Assembly: GCF_963921235.1 (NCBI RefSeq)
Contig: NC_086105.1
Location: 119,164,001 to 119,228,000 of the forward strand
Length of the DNA stretch: 64,000 nt
Reading direction: 5' to 3'
Source: Mobula hypostoma
Lineage: Eukaryota
The notes beneath the pieces are model-generated. The model was not told the origin of the DNA and ran no database searches. It was given only the letters and a program-made list of their open reading frames with translations. The position numbers and the translations under genes are program-made. Of the stretch, positions 54,574 through 64,000 are shown piece by piece (the first letter of the stretch is position 1; each line of letters opens with the position of its first letter).

Positions 54574-56259
54574 AGGGGGTGCAGGATTGATTTGAACTGG
54601 TGCCAAAGAAGAAATAATCTTATTTCAGCATTGTTAACTGGATTGGAGTCCAAGCATCTCAATGGATGGCTACATTAAAACGAGCATATGCATATGATGG
54701 CCATGGAGAGGAGGAAGAAGAAAGTGTAGGAACATATTGATAAATATTAGAATATATTTAGAGGGTAGAGAGCCATAGGGAGTGAGGAATGGAAAGGGCA
54801 ACATCAGCCACAAATCAAGATTGAATGCCGAAAAGACGACTTGAATGAAAAAAAAAGACAAAGTGGTGGAAAGTACCTCTTGTTACTGGTTGTACAAGCA
54901 ATTAGTTAATCTGGATATGCTTCCTCCCAAATTTCTGTGAAGGATCTTGAAATAGGCATTTGGTCCACTATAATTTTAGGGCATAATATGGCATTAATTG
55001 CCTATGAATCCTGTAGGCTTGGAAATCAAGCAATGAGACCAATGCCTGGACTGATTGAATAATGCCACACTAAATTGGTAAATTTTCAACTCATTTTACA
55101 CTGGTGATATTGTGCTCTGGCTTCCTCCCACATTCCACAAAGATGTATAGGTTAGGGTTAGTAAGTTGGGGGCATGCTTTCTTGGCACAGGCAGCATAAT
55201 ATTATTTGCAGGCATCCCCCAGCACATCTTTGGGCTGTTTTGATCACTGACACAAATGACATATTTCACTGTATGCTTCAATATTTCAATGCTATAAAAA
55301 TAAAGCTAATCATTATATTTAACTCAATAGCAAACATACCAGTCTCTACCTCAGTAATGGAATTCAAGACACTTGGACTAGCAGTGGATCTATTTATAAT
55401 TGAAAACTTGTTAAAATTAAAAATCTTGTAAATGCAAAGATTATGTCAACATTTCTTATTGAAAGATCAGCGCAGTACCCGAGATGCAGCTGTCTCATCA
55501 AACGCAAATACTGGAAACTACAGCAATAACACACCAGATTTAGTAATTCATATTAAGGGAAGTTTTCCAGCAGTGTTCAAATAAATTGAAGAAACAAGAT
55601 CAGACTGTAAGAAATGAAGCAATGACTGCTGTATCCAGAAGACTGTAAGTTCAACATTCCTTCTAATAGTTTTTATGGCTGCGCAGACCAACCATTGCTC
55701 TGAGCAGGAAATTTTTACACAGCCTGAAAACTGCCAGCACTTTAAATTTGTTTTTGTAAAATGCATAGTATGAATTTTTAGAATGAAAATTGAAATAACC
55801 CACACTTCTGATTTTATTTATTCATTGGATATAAAGAAATACTGTAAAAGAAAATTTTTCTCATCTCGTAAATTTTAAGCGTAGATGACGTCGGCGTTCA
55901 GTGAATCAAAGGTTTATTAAAAATGAGCTACCAAATTACATTCTGTGCTTATTGTTACAATTTGTAACAGTGTTGTAACTTGAAACACTGACAACGTCAA
56001 AGCTCTAAAATGTTTCAAAGTAATGTTTTTGGTACATCTATTATTTATAAAACTTATGGATTATATTCATGAACACATAATTAATTGCAGGGTATTTCAC
56101 AATTACTTTAACATAGATCTCAAAATTATATTAGCATAATTTCAAAATTAGATTCACGTTATATAAAAGAAAATCCCAGCTGCACGGCCGCAAAGGCTAT
56201 GTGCAGAGGGAGCGTTTCAGTTACGATCAACCGCAGACCCAAGCAGTTTAGAGGGAACA

Positions 56260-57045
56260 GTGCATAAGATATAGGGAAAGAATTAGATCATTTGACCCAT
56301 CAGATCTGTTCTCCCTATCAATCATGGCTGATTTATTTTTCCTCCAAACCCTATTCTCCTGCCTTCTCCCCATAAATTTTTATGCCCTTGCTATTCAAGA
56401 ACATATCAGCCTCTGCTTTAAATATGGCTGATGATTTGGCCTCCAGAACTATCATTGGCAATGTACTTCACAGATTCACAACCCTCTGGCTAAAGAAGTT
56501 CTTCCTCATCTTTGTCCTCAAGGGACTTCATTCTATTCTGAGTCTGTCTGCTCTGGTCCTAGATTTTCCCACCATTTCAAACATCCCCTCAATGTCCACT
56601 TTATCGAGGCATTTCAATATTTGATAGGTATCAATGAGATACCCCTCACTCTTCTAAACTCCAGCAAATACAGACCAAGAGCCGTCAAACATTTCTCATA
56701 CGCTAATCTTTTGATTCCCAGGATCATTGTTGTAAACCTCCTTTGGACCCTTTACGCTGACAGCACATCCTTTCTTAGATATGGGGCCCAAATATGCTCA
56801 CAATATTGCAAATGGTCCTGTCCAATGCCTTATAAAGCCTCACTATTATATCCTTACTTTTATATTCTACTCCTCTCTCTCAAAATGAATGCTAACGTTG
56901 CATTTGCCTTCCTTACTACTTTCTCATCTGCAAGTTAAGCTCTAGGAAATCCTGCACCAGGACATCCAAATCCCTTTGCATCTCCAGTTTCTGAATTTGT
57001 TCCCCATTCAGAAAACAGTCTGCTGTCCTTTCTCCTCTACCGAAG
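56260..57045 (-). mobile_element. CR1-type LINE 3' fragment
   Basis: Reverse-complement similarity to 16103-16854. Confidence 0.8.
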
Positions 57046-57351
57046 ATGCCAGTGTTCAGGCACTTTTGAAGACCTTTGAACCAAAATGAATCAGATGAAT
57101 ATGCAAAGTTTTTTGGTTCTTTCCATCAATACAGAGAAACCAGGAGAAGGAAGTCCAATCTGCAGCATAATGATCAAGAGCTCTTTTATGATGACTGTAC
57201 ACCTGAGCAATCTGTGCAATACAATCAAAATATTTCAACTGGCCATGCAGACGTATTGTGCATATTTTGTTTCTACAGTAAATCTAATTACTAGAAATGA
57301 ACTTCAGAAAAAAATTGCCACACTAAATAATTTAGTAGTTTAACTCTCATG

Positions 57352-57640
57352 AGTTGAGAGTTAAAGGGCAAAAGTTTAGGGGTAACATGAGGGGGAACTT
57401 CTTTACTCAGAGAGTGGTAGCTGTGTGGAACGAGCCTCCAGCAGAAGTGGTTGAGGCAGGTTTGATGTTGTCATTTAAGGTTAAATTGGATAGCTATATG
57501 GACAGGAAAGGAATGGAGGGTTATGGGCTGAGTGCAGGTCAGTGGGACTAGGTGAGAGTAAGTGTTCAGCATGGACTAGAAGGGCCGAGATGACCTGTTT
57601 CCGTCCTGAAATTGTTATATGTTTATACGGTTATGTGGTT
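57352..57640 (+). mobile_element. CR1-type LINE 3' end
   Basis: RVKGQKFRGNMRGNFFTQRVVAVWN...FKVKLDSYM; (GGTTAT)-like tail. Confidence 0.8.
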
Positions 57641-58048
57641 AGTGAGTTAATATACACATATTTTGTTTGGAATTCTGCAGATACATTCCTTTAAATAAGC
57701 GAAATACACTAATGCATCTCTAAAAATGTTATTTTCCAGATATGAGCAATTACCTATCATCCTTAGATATCTACAGAAGTGCGATGATCATCAGTTTATA
57801 AAGACTCTGAGGAGTACTATTTGTTCTTTAAAATTACTTATATTGTATTTGTTGTCTCTATTTGCACTAGGGATGTTAGTCTACAGAATATAGTCAAAAC
57901 TAAAATTATAGAGGCAAATTATTAAAATAAGCAAGTGTTTGAATTTGCTTGTTGTTTTCAATGCTTAATGTTCTTTCATTGAGCATCTTCATATTTCAAT
58001 AGTATTGTAAATTAATGATTTATAACACAAAGTAATTTTGTCACAAAG

Positions 58049-58370
58049 TGGGCATAGTGGTTAGTGTGACACTATTACAGCTTGGGGTGTCGGAATACAG
58101 AGTTCAATCCCATGGACTTCAGTAAGGAGTCTCTGTATGTCCTCCCCGTAGGATGTACACTCTAATTCAGGTAGCTGATAGAATTTCTGCAGATCCTCTG
58201 GACTCCCCCCCCCCCCCCGCACCAAGGTCCAAAAACACACCGAGTAGCTTATTAGTCATTGTAAATTGTCCCCTGGTTAGGTTAGGGTTAAATTGGGGTT
58301 GTCGGGGGTTGCTGGGCAGTAGGGCTGAAAGGGCCTATTCCATGCAGTATCTCTAAATAAATAAATAAAG
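58049..58370 (+). mobile_element. V-SINE
   Basis: tagtggttag A-box, gttcaatcc B-box, V-domain remnants, (TAAA)n tail. Confidence 0.7.
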
Positions 58371-59756
58371 TAGTTTAAATTTTTTTGCTTAAGGCAAACA
58401 ACCTCCCACATAGAAGAAATCTGTCAGATTTCAATGAGAGATTAATAGAAAGAAAACTCTTTTTCTAATATTGTTGCTTTGCTAGTGAAGTCACATCTTT
58501 CTTTCCTATAGACATATGGTGGTCTTATGCAGATCCTGAAGAGAAATCAAGTGCTGAAAATAATTACCCAATAAACCAGTTGTATTGTTTTATGACTTGG
58601 AGTTCAAATCTACCTCCTGTTGAGTTTTACATCTGGCCCATTTTAATCTGTCCTAAAGCACTCAAACTTTTATACTCAATTTACATTCCCTACAGATTTC
58701 CGTGTGTTCTTTCATTTAGTCACTGTTGAGTTTTAAGAATTACCTATCTATTTTTGGTGAATAAACCCAGAAGTGTCCATCCATCTTGGAAATTAGAGAA
58801 AAATAATGCCACAATTAAAATTCATGAAATTGATCTTTTTTTGCAGCTGTTCAACTGTTAAAAAAGCGGCTAAATGTTACCATTAAATCGATATGATATA
58901 TTAATCAGTTATCAGCAGTTGGTCTCAGGTTCTGTTAGGAAGCCATTTTAGTTTGCAATGTCGTAAAATGCACAGATAACCAATTCAGGTAACTAATAGA
59001 ATGTTCTTGCATAGCTTGAATGAAATGAAGATAATATACACATAAATAATACTATTTAAATATAATACTGAGTAGTGCTAAAATAGAAATCATACAGACT
59101 ATTTGTTTACACTTTCACTCTTCCAATCTATGTAAACAGGGATTCAGCTACCAATATGCAGGTTTGAAAAACCTTGTTCTGCATCATTCATAACTGTTAC
59201 ATTGCTCTGCAATGTATGAAAGTTGCTAGTAGTTCAGTTTGCTGATCTGTAAAGTTTAAGTTTCTTATTGTGATAATGACATAAATGTAATTTTTCTGTG
59301 CCTATTCCTTCATGTAATATTTTGTTCTGAAATTGAGAATGGTTCCCATGGACCTTAAGGCAGAAAAAAAGCTGTTCTTCTGTGTAAACACCAAGCTGTG
59401 CACTGAGTAGAAAGTGAACTATTAGTTTATATACTAAACTTCATGGATACTTATATTAAAATATAAGGGTACTTGAAGATGTTCAAAATCTTATCTTGTT
59501 ATTAAAGAAAAGAAAATGAAAATGCAACAGAAAAAAATCTAACCAGAGCATTTAATTACTGCTTCTGTATTTTCCAATATGTTAAATATTTTCTACAAGG
59601 ACCTGAAAAAAAGTCTCTAAAATTTCAATAATTGAATCTCTGATGGGATCAGTATTGTAGCGATTACCAGCATAGAAGAAAAATCACAGCTCATGTTCCC
59701 ATTACTCCATCTTTCTAAACCAATCTATTTGCATTGCTCTTTATAATCTACAGAGT

Positions 59757-60066
59757 GGGCACGTGGCCAAGTGGTTAAGGCACTGGACTAGCGACCTGAA
59801 GGTCATGAGTTTGAGCCTCAGCCGAGGGAACGTATTGTGTCCTTGAGTAAGGCACTTAATCACACATTGCTCTGCGATGACACTGGTGCCAAGCTGTATG
59901 GGTCCTAATGCCCTTCCCTTCGACAACATTGGTGTCGTGGAGAGGGGAGACTTGCAGCATGGGCAACTGCTGGTCTTCCATACAACCTTGCCCAGGCCTG
60001 CGCCCTGGAGAGTGAAGACTTTCCAGGTGCAGATCCATGGTCTCGCAAGACTAATGGATGCCTTTT
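59757..60066 (+). mobile_element. tRNA-derived SINE with CORE-like segment, copy 2
   Basis: Near-identical organisation to 35288-35590. Confidence 0.8.
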
Positions 60067-60356
60067 ATAATCTACAATGTCAGTTGTAGATCAGCCTTTG
60101 CATCAAAATATTTTTGGTTCATGTTCCATTCCTGGGACACACCCAAATATCTGGGCTGATGTTGGACTCACAGATGTGATATCTTTTGAATGAGACCTTA
60201 AACCAAGACCTTACCTGTTCCTTCAGGTGTCATTACAGATAATAAAGCACTACTCTGGAAAAAATACAAGGCAATTATCCACAAGGTTTAGTCAATATAT
60301 ATCCTATGACTGACATCACAAGAAGAGATTATTTGTTAAAAATTGATCCAGTATTT

Positions 60357-61100
60357 TCAAAGGTTTCAAAGGTACTTTTAATGTCAGATAAATGTATACA
60401 ACATACATCCTGAAACCTTCCCAACCATCCATGAAAACAGAGGAGCACCCCAAAAAATGAATGACAGTTAAATGTTAGAACCCCAAAGCCCTCCCCAGCT
60501 CCCCCCACCCACGCATAAGCAGCAGAAAAGCAATGAAACCCCCTCCCCCACCAGCAAAAAAAGCATTGGCACTCAAGTGGGCAGCAAGCCATCAATAAAG
60601 ATGCAGTCATGCAGTACCCCAAAGAATACTCGTTCACCCGGAAATTCAGTATACCACAAACGCTCTCTCTCCTTCATAAGGGAAAAGGTGATGTTCTTGT
60701 TTCACAGCAAGTGGGGAGATATAACAGCTTGCTGATGTGTGACGTTAGAAGTCTGTTGCATCGCTTTTTCCGAGCTCCGTGCTCGAAGAATTTGGGGCTC
60801 TGGGCACATCGCCAGCAGCACTCGCTGCTTTTAATCTTCCAGGTACTCCCAGGACACACTGGTTTCCTGTGAAGGCACTGACCTCCTCCAGAGCCACAAA
60901 ATCCCGGAACCCTGAAGGCGTGTTTGTCTTCTGGGCAGCGTCCCTGGTATATCGAATAGCGGCCAGTCATGAGACCTTGAGAGCGGGTCCCATTCCCGCA
61001 AAGAACCAAAGTCAGCATGTAATTCCAGGTCAGGGTCTTCAAAAGAACCCAGAAATGGAAAAATAGAGATATTTTTCCTTTTTTTTCAATATTTCTGGTG
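60357..61100 (-). mobile_element. Unclassified retroposon with (TTTGAA)-type tail
   Basis: ttcaaaggtttcaaagg tail at the left end; GC-richer discrete block; no protein motif recognised. Confidence 0.45.
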
Positions 61101-61104
61101 CATA

Positions 61105-61913
61105 TGACGAATAAACTCTTCTCGGGCTTCCAGCCTGGTACCAATATTGATTATAACCGATATTTCGATGACAAACTCTGCCATCTTCTTCAGGGATGAT
61201 ACCTGGGTATGTCTTGACCGTTGGTATTTATACCCCACAGTCCATCCCTCCTAATTGGTTAGTCTTTATCCAATCAAGTTTCCACTCTTCCATCTTGTTT
61301 CCGTTTCTTACTTAAAGTGATACCTTCATCTTTGTTAAAATTCTTTTCCTCTAGTTTTATTTCAATGGCTTCTTTTACCAGGGAGTCCCAAAAGCCATTG
61401 GTGTGGCACAGTGGTTTTGTGCTGTCAAAGTCAATCCTATGGCTATCACAAATGCAATGTTCTGCTAGCACAGATTTCACCAGGTACCCCAAATGGATGC
61501 ACCTCCTGTGCTCCTTGACGTGGGTTTCCATTGTGTGTCCCGAACGGCCGATATACACCGCTCCGCATTCACAGGGTACCTTGTGAAAGCCAGCCGACTT
61601 AAGTCCCAGGTCATTTTTGATCCACATAAGCTGTGACTTGAGCTTCCTTATGGGTTTGTATTAATCCAGAATTTCTTCAGGATCCTGGCGATCCTTCCAG
61701 AAACCATAGAAATATAAGGAAGACAGGCAGTACACAGTAAGGACTGGGTGAGGACTAACCATTCAGGAAGGATGGACTACAGGGGTATATATACCAACGA
61801 TCTAGACATACCCAGGCATCATCCCTGATGAAAATGGCAGACTTTGTCATCAAAATGTTGGTTATAATTGACACCTGTACCCAGCTGGAAGCCCAAGAAG
61901 AGTTCATTGGTCA
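61105..61913 (-). mobile_element. Penelope-like family B element: GIY-YIG endonuclease between inverted pLTRs
   Basis: ORF 61274-61627 GFHKVPCECGAVYIG...EH...LAEHC...KEAIEI...NKDEG; inverted repeats of about 160 bp at 61105-61265 and 61752-61913. Confidence 0.92.
61155..61197 (-). ncRNA. Hammerhead ribozyme, family B, core intact
   Basis: Minus strand: atcc-CTGAAGA-a-GATGGCA gagtt TGTCATC-GAAA-T-ATC^ggtt; stem II of at least 7 bp. Confidence 0.7.
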
Positions 61914-63859
61914 GATTATTCATTATCACATTGCTATTTCTGTTAGCTTGCTATACATAAAGTAACTCCTGTACTTCCTACATTAGAACAGTGCAACCAC
62001 TTTGAAAAGTAATTCCTTGGCTGTTGAGAAGAAATGATAGGTGGGATATAAATGTTCCTTTCTTTATTAGACATTGCAGTCCCAGGTCTTCCACTTTATC
62101 AATCAGCTGGTGAGCAACCAGGTGAATGTTATGCCAAGGACAACCTCCCATCCCATGGATAAACTGTGGAATTCCATACCTGAAGCTATAGTTTCAGACT
62201 AGGCTTAGTTGCAGACTTAGTTGACATTTTCAACACCAGCTCAAAAGTTATTTATATAACCTTGCTTTTAACTAATATCTTTTTTCTTGTATTTTCATTT
62301 TTACACTTTATCCCACTGTAAAGCATTTTGAACTACATTGTCGGAAAAGTACTCTGTAAATAAGTTGTTACTTATATTATTATACTCCAGAAGTCAAGCA
62401 ACTAACTTGGACAGATTAATCTTTATTATTTTATATTTTGTGCACCTCCTTTCATTGGCTTGAAGTAGCTGCTGACATAGTGTATCAGTGTATAGAACTG
62501 GATTCCAGTGCATACCACCCTTGGCATTAAGCCAGTATGTGGTCACGTAGCATCAAGAAGCCCAAGTAAATGGCAATTTTGTGGGATCCTCTTCACTGTA
62601 GGAGTCACCTTTCACACAAAGAAGATGTTATTGGAGGCTAATGCCTTCAACTCCATGACATTGCATCAGGATTATCCTAGTCCCAGCAATTGCAGCTGTC
62701 ATGCCAATGTCACTTCCTTCGTTATAAGGTCAAAAAAGTGGATGGTCCCTAATGAGTGGATCGTGTTCTGTTCCATTTACAACACCTCCGATAATGAATC
62801 CTGGGCAAGGTTTGGTCTTGAACATTCGTATCACAAAAAATTCCGTAGAGTGATTATATCTTGGTGGAGTGTAACCATCAGCTCCTGACAATCAATGTCA
62901 AACTCCATCAAAATGCCAGGTTCGCTGTTATCCAGGAAATAAGTTAATTGCAGCAAATCATTAATGTTTCTTCAATGTCACCTGTTAAGCTCTGCTCTTC
63001 TGAAATTCAACGGATAAGGATAGCTGGTGTTTTGGACAGCATCTTCTCCAGGTTATATGTCATCCAGTTGTGAATGTATAACAGTATTACTTCATTGTTA
63101 ACAGATCAAAATCCTGTAAGTTCTTACTTCTCAGAGCTTCACCACACGGCCATTTGAGGAAACACATTATTACCAGCTTGCCAAGGGCAGATTGTAACAA
63201 ACAATATGCAGTATGCTGGCTTTGTTCGTGCTGCTGCAGACCACAACAGAGTGCAGAAAATGTAATTGAGCCTCTACTGTTCTGGCAAATTTGGCTGTGA
63301 ATTTGAAGTTAATGCACCCTAGTTAGAGAATCAATAAATCAGCATCAAAGGAGTCATGATAAAGATATTAATAATCACAAGTTTAAGATTTCTGTCTCTC
63401 TTAATGGAATTGGTACAATTCAAACCAGAAGCTATTTAAAATAGAAAAGATCAATCTTACAAAATCTTCAAATTCTATTTGTTACAGGGTTTTATGTCTT
63501 ACAGGCAATTGTCTATGATACAGCCCATGAACAATATGTGTCCAGTTCAGTGCTCACCACTAGTGCTGTCACATTAGTCTTGCTCAATGAATTCCAAACT
63601 ATTAATCCTCTGCCTATGACCTTGATTCTGGAATTGGACCAATCAGAAAGTGAAGGATTCTGTGGTTCTGTAGAACCCACAAATCTTTCTGTGTTGTATC
63701 TGAATGATAGCTCCAAACTCTCACCATAATCCCTGAATAGCAGAAGTTCCAGATTTACGGTGTTACCTATCTTGAACAGTTGATAATGTTCAAAGGTACC
63801 ACGCTGCCATAATGCCAGCAGTAAATCTAGTGCAGACGATTACTCATTTTTATGCACAC

Positions 63860-64000
63860 ATTCTTTCTCTCACTCTCCTTTTTCTCCCTCTGTCCCTCTG
63901 AATATACCTCTTGCCTATCCTCTGGGTCACCCCCCCCCCCGTCTTTCTCCCTAGGCCTCCTGTCCCATGATCCTCTCGTATCCCCTTTTGCCTATCACCT
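63860..64000 (+). mobile_element. Penelope-like family A-related pyrimidine-rich 3' region, cut by the window end
   Basis: CT-rich block ending cctatcacct, as in family A upstream of the hammerhead. Confidence 0.5.

Larger units (their letters stand above)
60150..62062 (+). mobile_element. Deu-SINE split by two younger insertions (parts about 60150-60335 and 61914-62062)
   Basis: aatgagaccttaaaccaagacc...caggtg...caatatatatcc...agattat | cattatcacattgcta...ttcctacattagaacagtg. Confidence 0.65.

Noticed and set aside
59757-59830. tRNA gene
   Set aside because: tRNA-like head of a SINE that continues into body and tail, with a second copy at 35288.

Overview
This is vertebrate genomic DNA, not prokaryotic. 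The repeat landscape (Penelope-like elements, CR1, Rex1/Babar, V-SINE, Deu-SINE) points to a cartilaginous fish, probably a ray or skate (inference). The window lies inside the RBFOX1 gene on the + strand. Three coding exons are recognisable: 2650-2742 (the 93-nt RRM cassette exon), 4252-4312 and 14159-14212, followed by >49 kb with no further recognisable canonical exon. Almost all ORFs in the six-frame track are spurious or transposon fragments. Four signals stand out. (1) Two families of Penelope-like elements carry minimal hammerhead ribozymes; one is a young 209-bp fold-back mini-element with a 14-bp TSD whose hammerhead core is intact and sense to the RBFOX1 pre-mRNA. (2) A dense RBFOX-motif (TGCATG) architecture surrounds the RRM exon, with a candidate poison exon at 3414-3488. 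(3) A deep-intronic GCATG cluster brackets a candidate pair of microexons that keep frame only together. (4) Several transposons have unusual architecture: a mariner fold-back, a Gypsy element with an internal LTR/PBS copy, and nested insertions. All coordinates were read by hand; repeat boundaries are approximate.
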